From: Anthoceros angustus
Taxonomy: Eukaryota; Plantae; Anthocerotophyta
DNA length: 64,000 bases
Assembly (NCBI GenBank): GCA_010909165.1
Contig: MU008184.1
Span: forward strand, 620,001 to 684,000
Reading direction: 5' to 3'
In this document: piece by piece, positions 12,090-25,304 of the stretch
Layout of the letters: each line of letters begins with the position of its first letter
How positions within the stretch are numbered: position 1 is the first letter of the stretch
The notes under the pieces: model-generated
What the model saw: the letters and a program-made list of their open reading frames with translations, nothing else
What the model was told of the DNA's origin: nothing
Database searches by the model: none
Program-made: the position numbers and the translations under genes

Positions 12090-12350
12090 CTGTTGTAAAT
12101 GGTTTGTATTGTTGTAAATATTTCCCCCAAAAAAGTTCAAATCGTTGTAAATATTCCCCCCAAAAAAATTCAAACCATTATAATGGTTTCCATCGTTGTA
12201 AATATTTCCTCCTAAAAATTCAAACCATTGTAAACGTATTCCGGCCAAAAAATTCAAACTGTTGTAAACGTTTTTCCACCAAAAAATTCAAACCATTGTA
12301 AACCTTTTCCCGCCAAAAAATTCAAATCCTTAGAAAAGCTATCGTTGTAA
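12090..12350. repeat. ~33-bp AT-rich minisatellite, ~6 copies
   Basis: Repeated TTGTAAA(T/C)nTTTcC..cAAAAAATTCAAAcCA units. Confidence 0.8.
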
Positions 12351-12959
12351 AATGGGAAAAGAAGACTTTATTATAAAAAAGAGATGGAAAAATTCCATCC
12401 ACCCCAAAAACAAATGGGGAAAAACCCAACGAAGGGCACCATGCCAGGGGGACTAGCCCCACGATCACGCATTTCAAAACTACCAATTGCACAAAGAACT
12501 TCGTGGTTAGGGATGTGAAAAGACCTACTTACCACCGATGTCGAAGAAGCTGCATCCCTTGCGCTCGCCGTCGTTTTGTACACTGTATTGGCCAACGCCC
12601 TCTGCAGAGGGATGGAAACCCTTTGCCAGAAGAAAGCAACAATACAAGAAGACCAGTATCAGGTGCCATGGTTGGGAGAGGAGGCCCTTGGTTTGGTGCC
12701 AAGGCTAACACCACGGAAGAAGGCCGCTGAAGAGGCCTCAAGGAAACCTAGTAGTCACTATGGACCGACACAGCCACAGCCCGCACGGCCCCGCACAAAC
12801 CCGGAGCCAACCCTTCACGGGAAACCCTACCGGCAGGAACTCCGCACGCAAGGGCTACTGCAAAAACACCTCACAGCCATACCGCTCCCGCACCGCACAC
12901 CGCTCCCGCCATGGATCAAACCACACCGCACCACACCTCAACGAGGATAGAAGAGTAAC

Positions 12960-13245
12960 TTTACCTTAGAATAGAAGTTTCCAAACTTGTTGCCGAGGGA
13001 GCCTATGATGAGGATACAAACTTTAAAGGACCAAAATCTAGACCTAGGATGTGGGTACTTAGATTGAATGATGCTGGATATCTTAAAATGGAGGTAGGAC
13101 CCAAGTTCAAGCCGAGGTGCGAAGGACCCATTTGATAGAGAAGTCTTTCTGAAATTAATAAGTTTGTCAATATATGAATGTCTTCGTCCATAGAAATAGT
13201 GGGGCTGTGAGTGAGCACCATCTAAAAAAGTATTATTGCAAGATT
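12960..13245 (+). mobile_element. Gypsy integrase C-terminal (GPY/F) remnant
   Basis: Translates to GPKFKPRCEGPF...VSEHHLKKYY, resembling the KxxPxWxGPF...HLKxY integrase tail. Confidence 0.5.
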
Positions 13246-13893
13246 AAGAATGTTTGACTGTGTGGACCAGATTTTGCATGATTAGGATGTGAGAGGTATT
13301 TACATGTATAGATATATTAATCTGCAATCTTGCTCTTCTGCTCTGTGCGAGGACGTCTCCAGCTGATTTGAGGCGAGCTATGCCATATCTGCCACAAGCA
13401 ACCAAGGCAACAAAAGATGTTCCGGCAATTAAATAGGTTTTTATTTTTCATTCTCCTTTTCTCCTTCTTCGGAGCCTCAAGCTAAAAAGCTCCGGGTTTG
13501 GGCAGAATGGGTCATGCTGGCCCTTGGTGAATTGCTGAGTGCCTGTAATACATTGCGCCCTATAGGCTATGGATACACATTTCCGTAGGACACGCTTCAC
13601 TACTATGCTTCACATGTGGTTTTATCAAACGCGCACGCTTCCCTTTACAGTCCTCGTCATTACCGGTGCAACCAGCTTTGGTATAAATTTTAAACTTTAT
13701 TCATTTGAAACGAGATAACCTATAAAAGGAATACGAGAGAAGTACAATAATCGGGGAGGCGCGAATTTGACGAGCTCCCCCTTCCCTCAAGTGCATGGAG
13801 CGGAGCGTATGGCAACCAATGACTGATTTTTCGTGGACTATCTGCAAGCCAATGTGGCAGAAGAATAATAGGTGGATGAGAAAGCGCGAAATT

Positions 13894-14583
13894 TTAGACG
13901 GGGCTGGCAGCGGGGGAACCAGGGGGCCCGGGAGCAGCCGCGGGAGACGGGGTGGTATCCTGGAACGGAGCTTCCAGCTGGTGCACGATGTCGGGCGACA
14001 CCTTGAAGGCCTTCTCCAGGATGACATCGTTGATGCCGGTTCCGAAGAGGGAAGACGGGAAGCTCACGGTGCCGGGGTTGGCGCTGCTGAAGGAGGCGTA
14101 GGCGATGGCGGGCACGGTGCCGGAGTTGTACTGGAAGTGCAGCAGGCCCTTGGGGAACACGAACAGGTCGCTTTTGAAGAGCGTCTGCGTGTAGAGCTTG
14201 TTGTTGGTGTCGACGAAGCCCACCTGCAGCGAGCCGTCCAGCACGACCAGGACCTCGGTGGCGCGGGGGTGAGTGTGCGGCGCGTTCAGAGTCTGCGGCG
14301 GGAAGTCCAGCAGCGCCACCGACACGCCCAGCCCGGTCAGGGCCGGGAACTGCGTCTGCGACACCTTGGCGGCGCCGAATTTGGTCTGCGTGGCGTTGAC
14401 GGCGAAGCGGAGGCCCTGGAATGTGAAGTAGCTGCCGTCCAGCCGGCCCGGCTCGACGCCCTCGGGCGTCACGAAGTCGGTCAGGATGTCGGGGTCGCTG
14501 CAGGTCACCAGGGACACCGCCAATGCTAGGCTCATGAGCGCCATAAGCGCCACCCACGCTGATGCGGATGATACCGCCGCCAT
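13894..14583 (-). CDS. Germin-like protein (cupin_1), single exon
   Basis: Signal peptide, DPDILTDF, germin box HTHPRATE, FVFPKGLLHFQYN. Confidence 0.95.
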   Translation of the reverse strand: MAAVSSASAWVALMALMSLALAVSLVTCSDPDILTDFVTPEGVEPGRLDGSYFTFQGLRFAVNATQTKFGAAKVSQTQFPALTGLGVSVALLDFPPQTLNAPHTHPRATEVLVVLDGSLQVGFVDTNNKLYTQTLFKSDLFVFPKGLLHFQYNSGTVPAIAYASFSSANPGTVSFPSSLFGTGINDVILEKAFKVSPDIVHQLEAPFQDTTPSPAAAPGPPGSPAASPV

Positions 14584-15844
14584 TGCTGCTCCTGCTGGTG
14601 CCTCGCCTCAAGAATCGCCTCACTCACCCCACCCGGTTTCCAACCCTGCTCGATTCGTGTGGAGTCGAGGGAGGCGTGAGAGCGCTGCTCTGTAGCTGTG
14701 CGTCGGTGAGATCAAATGGGGCACTTGTAGCTGCAGTTGGAAGTGCGGGCTCTGAGACTGATGCTGGAGGCTAATCGGGGCTAGGCTTATGTAGGAACTG
14801 CGCGATGCGTCCCTGGCTGCCTGGAGCCAGCTGAAGGCCAAGTGGCGCGAGCAACCAGTCTGCCGGCCGGCTTCACCTGTTCAAGCCGCCCTTGCTTGGT
14901 CATGTGTCGTTCACCCCGACCACAGCCACGGCCGGTCACCCAGCTTCCAATCAATAACTTACGTCCTGGATTTGTTACGAGCTTTACCCACGCGGGACTG
15001 AGAAACACGATGGTTGTCCCACAAGAATGGCACAACAATTCCACTGTTTGATTTTCATGGAGGAAAGCGGCCACGGCACAGCACACTTACCAGACGCACT
15101 TCGAATTTTACACTTGACAACTGACGTGCACACTTTTTTTGCTGAGAGTGGGACGACATTCTTCTGACCTACCCTGTGCTGCGCCTCTTGCCTCAAGATC
15201 GGAGGCTCTGCCAGCCGAGAACCATGGCTGCCCCCACCAGCTGCCGATAGTCAGCTGTGAACATTCAGCCTAACCTGACTGCGTACGGTTTTCAGTAGGA
15301 TCACCACAACAAGCAGCTGAAATCTCAGGGTTCACGATGTGCAGCCCTAGGGCTAGAGTTGGGGAAAGCCTCCCTAGGGGACGTGAAGAGGAAGCAGGAA
15401 TCCCATGACTGGCTATTATGTTTGCTCTACCCCGTATTTGCCTACCATGGCTGGTCTCTGTAACGCTGCATTTTTACTCCAAGACTAAGTGCTTGTTTAT
15501 GTTTGCTGCGAGCCGGGCTGTGGCTGTCGGAGCTGCGAGGTACAAAACCATATCTGGGCAAGTCATTCTTTCGAGATCCTTTTCTGCCATGACTTAGAAC
15601 TCCCAGTGAATTTTGTCCTCCCGCTAATGAAGGTCAATTTCATCGAGGAGGTGTTTCGTGAAGTTACGCCTATGGCTTCGTAGCCTTGGTCTTCTGATTC
15701 AGTGGTAACTGCAGCTAGCGAGGTAGAGCTTTCATGTTGTTACCTGTCACAGAAGTGACAAAGATCCTTCACACGACCAAGGGCCACAAGCCCTCAGAAG
15801 GGAGATCTTCTAGACTATTCATTGGTGAAGTCTTCAAGTTCTAG

Positions 15845-15990
15845 TGGTGGTTAGACAACGCTGGAAGGGGCTGGCCGTTCAGGAAATGTTGGAAGTGACC
15901 CAGTGCTCTTTCCATGAACCTGATTACGTTAGGGACCATGTGGCCAGCCTGCCGCACTGCTGCGAAGGTCAGTCCTCTGTTCGTCCTCCC
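15845..15990 (-). pseudogene. Serine carboxypeptidase-like (S10) C-terminal fragment
   Basis: LTFAAVRQAGHMVP...ERALGHFQHFLNGQPLP is the S10 catalytic-His region. No upstream exons were recognised. Confidence 0.6.
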
Positions 15991-16708
15991 ACCTGCAATG
16001 AGTTTGGAAAGTGCTTGCAAAAGAGTTTGGGTTCGACACTTCTCGCCTTGCTTGTCCGCAATTAAAACAAACACGAAGTTACGAACTGCTGTTTCAAAAC
16101 CCTGGGAAACCCCGGATTATCCAAGTCCTTGTACCAGCTGCATATCTTGCTTCGCCTTTTCTCGACCTTTGTGAACGCTCGAAAATCCAGCAGAATACGC
16201 CGGTTCTGAAGAGAAGATCGCATGAGTAATTCATAACAGCAGCTCTCTGTGGGGGTGCTGGACAAGGTATATACAACCAGCAAGATCAGCAGCCGATGTT
16301 GTTGAGGAACAATGAAACCGGGGTGCATCGTATTGCCCGTCAGTGAGCTGATTCCAAGAACATCGGTGCGCCAAGATCACCTTGCAGACCCGAGAGTTAG
16401 CTCTGTAACGCGGCTTGTTCTAAGACGGGTGCATAATCTGGGATGCATCGCACAGGGACAGACCGGGCCACAAGAGCTTGCAGACCTAGCATAGGGGGCT
16501 CCCTCCCCCCGGCCCCCTCCGCCACCTGGCAGTCAAGCGGCTGGAGGTCGCCTCTCGATGCCAAGCACAGATCCGCACAACGTCACAGATAAGATGGCCT
16601 GCTGCGTGACGAGCAGTCAAGCAGCAGCACGAAGCGAACAATCTGCATTCAGCGCATAGCAGCTGCGATCGAAGCACATTCATTCGATCTCCAATTTCTC
16701 CACCAACA

Positions 16709-17545
16709 ATGGCGAAGTCCGGATACGAATTATCCCTGCTGGTGACGATCCTGGCAGCGGCGGTGTCCCTGGTGGCTTGCGGCGACCCCGACATCCTGAC
16801 CGACTTCGTGGTGCCTCCCGGCGTCGACCCGGCCTCGCTCAACGGCAACTTCTTCACGTACCAGGGTCTTCGCAACGCCATCAACAATTCCCAGCCGGAT
16901 TTCGGCGTCTCCAAGGTCTCGGAGAAGCAGTTCCCGGCCCTGACCGGGCTGGGAGTGTCCACGGCGCTGCTGGAGTTCCCTCCGCAAACGCTGAACCCGC
17001 CGCACACCCACCCCCGCGCCACCGAGGTCCTCTATGTCATCGAGGGCTCGCTGCAGGTGGCCTTCGTCGACACCACCAACAAGCTCTTCACGCAGACGCT
17101 ATACGCCAACGATGTGTTCGTGTTCCCCAAGGGCCTGCTGCACTTCCAGTTCAACCCCGCCACCATCCGCGCCATCGCCTACGCCTCCTTCAGCAGCGCC
17201 AGCCCCGGCGCCGTCTCCGCACCATCCGCCCTCTTCGGTTCCGACATCGATGACATAGTCCTCGAGACGGCATTCAAGGTCTCAGCCGACATCGTGCACC
17301 AGCTCGAGGATCCGTACAATAGCACCCCGCCTCCTCCTGCTCCTCCCGCAGGAGAACCTATCCCTGCTCCTGCTGACAGCCCCATCCCCGTAGACATCCC
17401 TCCTCCTCCTGCTTACAGCCCTGTCCCGGTAGACATCCCTGCTCCTCCTGCTGCCAGCCCCATTCCCGTAGACATCCCTGCTCCTCCTGCTGCCAGCCCC
17501 ATCCCCGTAGACATCCCTCCTCCTCCCGCTGACAGCCCCTTTTAG
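16709..17545 (+). CDS. Germin-like protein with Pro-rich repetitive C-terminal tail
   Basis: Signal peptide, HTHPRATE and FPKGLLHFQFN motifs; ~4 copies of a 13-aa (39-bp) PAxSPIPVDIPxP repeat. Confidence 0.95.
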   Translation: MAKSGYELSLLVTILAAAVSLVACGDPDILTDFVVPPGVDPASLNGNFFTYQGLRNAINNSQPDFGVSKVSEKQFPALTGLGVSTALLEFPPQTLNPPHTHPRATEVLYVIEGSLQVAFVDTTNKLFTQTLYANDVFVFPKGLLHFQFNPATIRAIAYASFSSASPGAVSAPSALFGSDIDDIVLETAFKVSADIVHQLEDPYNSTPPPPAPPAGEPIPAPADSPIPVDIPPPPAYSPVPVDIPAPPAASPIPVDIPAPPAASPIPVDIPPPPADSPF

Positions 17546-18002
17546 GTTTGCGGGTTGTTGCCATCTTGTTCCTTCACAGATCGTGCAAGCAAGGAGCAAG
17601 GAGGAGGACGTTGCAGTCGAGCTTATAGCTATATACGTAGAGCCGTTTTACATCATCAACTGTAACCTTCCACATTCTACAACTTCCCATCAATAAAATC
17701 TACCACCAATGAAGGTGTTTCCATGACCTATTAGTATAGCTAGCCGCTTTGGCGAGCATTACATTCGGATCCTGAAAATTAAATGTGAAAGGGAACCTGC
17801 ACAAGGCACCAGCAGCAAAGGTCTATGGGATCCTGAGGATTAGATGTGAGAGGATACCTGCACAAGGCACCAGCAGCAAAGGTCTAGAGCCATACATGTC
17901 TCGGTGTGGAGTAGTTTGAGATGTTTCAATGATTCGCCATCTGTGCCCCATGCAGCCCTCAAAAAGTCCCGTCTTGAACCACAAGGATATCCCTTGCCTT
18001 GA

Positions 18003-20964
<2,962 letters not shown>

Positions 20965-21417
20965 CCAAACTAATCAGTATGTCCTTCCACCATTATTTTC
21001 TCTTTCCGACGGACAGTCAGCCGTTCAGCTAAAGCGGGCACTCAACACACTTGTCTCCTGGTCATCATTCCCATTTAAAATTGAATTTAGAGTTTTTTGG
21101 TCGAATTCCTGTTCAGGGTCGCATGTATATATCGTGAGTGTAATAAGTGGACATAAGTACATCCTACTGGATAATGGGGTATTAGACCTCCAAACTAAGT
21201 AGGTAATGAGCAAATCGGAATCCTTCTTCCTTACAAAGAGTATATAGGATTCAACTGGCCCCTGGACTGTGCTACTCCAAAATTTAAGGTGTTCCTTGAG
21301 GAATTTACTATGGGAAATGACGATTACCAAGTGTTCCTCCGAGCTTTCTTTTTTTCTTTATTAACTCGGGATAAAACTGCACAAGTTTGCTTAGTTCTTA
21401 TAGGCCATAGTTGTGCC

Positions 21418-21525
21418 GGAACTTATGACCGCCTTAGTGGGAAAAGGCGTAATGGGATATATTATGACCGCTTTAGTGAGAAAAGGCGTAATGGGACATA
21501 TTATGACCGTCTTAGGGAGAAAAGA
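21418..21525. repeat. 39-bp tandem repeat x3
   Basis: TTATGACCGcyTTAGtGrGAAAAGGCGTAATGGGAyATA units. Confidence 0.8.
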
Positions 21526-21613
21526 AAACGGTAGTACCACTAGGTTAAAGAGGTTAGAGAATGATCCCTTCGAAATATCTCACATCCTCTTTAAGCATTC
21601 AGTGGTAGCCAAC

Positions 21614-22644
21614 AAGAAGAAGAAGAAGAAGAATTTTATTTAAGTCCACTAAGGACGGATTTCCGTCATGGGACTTGGTACTAAACAACTTGTACCATGG
21701 TATGCCTAAGCTACTTGCACCAAGGGCATCCATTCCCTTTAGGCACCTCATCTAAGTACCGATCCAAGCGCAGGATGCTTAATAACCACGTTCTTATAAA
21801 TGTGTGTCCATTTGGCCAAAGCCATTTGGACAAAACCGAGGATTATCATGGAGGTGCGGAAAACCTCAAGGCTCTCGTAGATAGCAATTTACTAAAGGCC
21901 CACGAAAAGCACAAAAATAAACCTTGGAAAGAATACTTTAGAGGACATATGGTCATAATTGGTAACAATCCTCTCAATGTATCTAACCCCGGAAAAGGCT
22001 TCCTTGGAAGGGTTTCAGATAATAAAGGCCATCAATGTCAGCAAGGAGAGGAAGGATTTATTGCACTGGAGGGGTGGAGCTTGGAGTGGGGAATTGGTTC
22101 TGGAACTTCTTGGGATTATGGCCTGGGCTCTGACGATGGATCGAGTCAAGGCGAATGATATACTTATTCGTTCTTCTTCCCACAATGGTTGCGCGGCGAG
22201 AGGCATTTAAAGAGATTAGTATGCCATTTACTAGTCGGATTAAGGATGAGATAGTTAAGGGAGAAGGCGCCTACTTAGGTTTCAGAGTAGAGAACTCAAT
22301 CCGAGGAAACCAAGAAGCTAAGAAAAGGAAAGTGCTCTATCCTCTTTATAAAAGATGATCTAAAAGACGAAGATAGGAACCTCTAAACCATAAGAGATTC
22401 ACAAACGAATTAATCTCTCAGCTCATGTAAGAAGGGTTTGAGGGAGCCAATAAGATTCTGAGAACTGAAGGCCTGTTGAGATACATCTAAAAGTTTTCTC
22501 TGCTGGGTATGAGTGGGGAGCCTAAAGGGAATGGATGCCCTTGGTGCAAGTAGCTTAAGTACACAATGGTACAAGTTGTCAAGTACCAAGTCCCATGACG
22601 GAAATCCGTCCTTAGTGGACTTAAATAAAATTCTTCTTCTTCTT
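21614..22644 (-). mobile_element. 5'-truncated retroelement (Penelope-like or LINE) with (TTC)n tail and an inverted copy of its 3' end at 22514-22644
   Basis: The minus strand ends AATAAAA(TTC)n. Degenerate coding-like segment resembling EL.R.IRL...WF....HLL.RG at ~22.33-22.43 kb. Terminal ~130 bp repeated in opposite orientation. Confidence 0.55.
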
Positions 22645-23446
22645 TCCTATTAAGAATTTTTTGTTTTAAAATAAGTAAGATGCAAGTAATAAATACAAAT
22701 ATTTTCACCTACCTTTTACAGCTCATCTCTTAACTCTTTATGAGCCCTCCTAAGGGAATATCAGACATCAAATTGGAGGAATGGTTATGATTTACCCGTT
22801 CCTTTTAAGCTTTACTAAATAAAAAATTTTATTTTGGAAGTAAAAAAAATGGAGTTTTGGTATGTGTTTTCAAACTTTTGGAGGCCCTCGCCTATGAATT
22901 CTTATGTCTTGAAGCTACAAGGTCATAATTGAGGAAAGCTCTCGAAGAACTTGGAGCTGTAGGATCAGAGTTGAGGAGAGCTTTTAATGATCTTGGAATT
23001 GTAAGATCAAAGTTGAAGAGAGCTTTTGATGCAACTCTTCGAGCTGTGGGGTAAGAGTTAATTGATACAAGAGTTTTCTGGTATTGTTCTGTGTAGAATT
23101 GCAGGGTGAGGGCTAAGTATAAGTCTTTCAGTGATAGTTGTTTTTGGACTAAATATCCTTAGTCAAAGTGAAGTATTAGCTTTTTTGTGCAAGCTTTCGT
23201 AGTGAGAGTTAGGACTACAAATTTTCTTGCAAAAGTTTTCTTCCACCAATCAGAACTTGGGTAAAAATTTTGTTGCTATATATAGTTTGTCGAAGAATGT
23301 TTCTTGCAGGGACAAGGAGAGTTGAGTTTCGTATGAAGTGCAACTTTTGGAGTGCAAGTTTCCCAAGCAAGTTTCCTATGACAAGTTTTTCATCATAAGA
23401 TATATAAATTTTGAATTATATTATCACTATAAGATATTTTATAGTC

Positions 23447-24716
23447 ATGGAATTTAACAATAAATTTATCACTATAATGATTTATATTATGTTACTTCCT
23501 ACGACCATTGTGGGAGTTCAAGGATTTGGAGTTAATTGGGGGACTATCTCAAATAATATTATCGATCCAAAACATGCTGTGAAATTAATCAAATCTTATG
23601 GATTTGATAAAGTGAAACTTTTTCCAACAAATCGTACAATATTGAGTGCATTTATTCCAACCGCAATAGATCCTGAATTAAATCTACATGCTGATTTTGA
23701 AGTAACGGTTCAATGTAGTAACCATGAATTGGTAACAATTGCAAAAGATAAAGATGAAGCTTTTTTTTGGGTTGTTGACAATATTTTACATTATCGGAAC
23801 GCAGGAGTACAAATCAAGTAAGCTTTTTGAATATTTTTATACTATAGTGTTCAATCAATTTTTCAAAGTTTGACTTTGAATTTGATATTTTGTTTATTTA
23901 CATTTAAACTTAATCTATTTGTGCAGATCACTAGTTGTAGGCAACGAATCATTGTCCTTTAATAAAGAGGATTCACATAATTATAATTTGTTTCGAGCAT
24001 TGGAAAATTTTTATCACGCTTTGAAACAAACAGGTCTTCATCATAAAGTTACTCTTGCCGTCCCATTTAACAGAGACATCATATCAAACAATAGAAGTCC
24101 ATCATTGGCACATTTTACTGCAAACTCTTCCGCATTAGTGAAAGACGTTGTTCGATTCTTACATTCAAAACATGGAGTATTTATGATCAACATAAATCCA
24201 TTCCTAGATACATATAAGAATGCTAATTTTTTCATGCCCTACGCATTTTTTGACAATAATTACACACTTGCAAATGCCTATCACAACGATTTCGTTGCCA
24301 GCTACGATATGGTTGTAGGTGCATTAAGAAATATAGGGTACAGAAATATGAAGATAGTTGTGGATGGAGTAGGATGGCCAACAGAAGGTTACCACACTGC
24401 GAACGTGCTCAATGCACAAAAGTTCAACCAAGGTTTATGCAACTATCTGTTTAGTGGAATGGGTACCCCACTTCGACCAAAGCAGAGTATAGATGTCTTT
24501 TTCTCCGGATTGGTCGACGAAGACTTGAGATCCACTAGTGGGGGACATGAGTTTGAACAATGGTGGGGATTGGCCAATCTAGAGGGTGATCCTAAATACC
24601 CTTTAGAGTGTCCGGCTCCCAAACCTCCTTCTTTCGAAAAAATGTCTCCATTCATGGGATTCTGTATGTTTGCCCTAGTGGGTCTTTGGGTTCTAATTGC
24701 ATCTCTTGAGGGTTAG
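23447..24716 (+). CDS. Glucan endo-1,3-beta-glucosidase-like (GH17), 2 exons, hydrophobic C-terminus
   Basis: FGVNWG, VVGNE, FMININPF, GWPT, GTPLRP, LVDED motifs; intron ~23818-23927. Confidence 0.88.
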
Positions 24717-25304
24717 TCTTGTTCTTGCCAGAGACAAGAAGCATTACTTCCTTGCTTGTAGGTCCGAATCGGGGAGAAATTCAACTAGCAACTAATCATT
24801 GTTTGCTACGTCCGTGCATTGTCCGCGAACTGGTTGTGACAATGGATTGTGTTTGTACACCAGTTTAAACTCAGCTCAATGCTGACTCGACCTTGACCCG
24901 AATTGGCCGACCGAATTGTGAGTCCGTAGAGGTCCTAAGTATTGTTCGTTGTTGGACTAAAGGTTTATTTGCATCCTTTGTATACTCGTCGGAGCGAGAG
25001 GTGCGCCAAACTCCTCATTACGAGTTCACCGTCCGATACTAGAATTCACAATCAATTGTATGATAGCTATGACAATTTGAAAATAAATCTGAGATTAAGA
25101 GCCTGGACGTTCAGTATCGCAATCTTGTTTGAGTTTTCAATATGTTGAGCGAAGGACTCTCACAAACCCGAGAGCTTGGGTTGCCTTGTCCTGCAGTTTG
25201 TCTCGACTGAACAAGTTGGAAGGTAGTCAAGTTTTCTAGAACCAGCTCCGGTCCGGCAAACAACGAAGCTGGGTGATGTGCAATGGAATCCAGGTTGGGT
25301 GGAT

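Larger units (their letters stand above)
1..12350. mobile_element. Putative composite transposable/endogenous element block (ParB-like + amino-MTase gene, Gag-Zn-knuckle gene, terminal minisatellite); left end outside the window
   Basis: No recognisable host genes; degraded, frameshifted ORFs of TE/prokaryotic type; internal tandem duplications; switch to AT-rich, repeat-bearing sequence at ~11.7-12.35 kb. Boundaries are inferred. Confidence 0.5.

Noticed and set aside
12400-12950. ORF 12576-12950 as a gene or LINE tail
   Set aside because: No motif I can identify; lies between TE relics.
13795-14623. Overlapping 244-aa and 261-aa ORFs
   Set aside because: Alternative or antisense frames of the germin-like gene, caused by high GC3.
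21630-21832. Hammerhead ribozyme in the structured repeat
   Set aside because: No CUGAnGA...GAAA core was found on either strand by eye.
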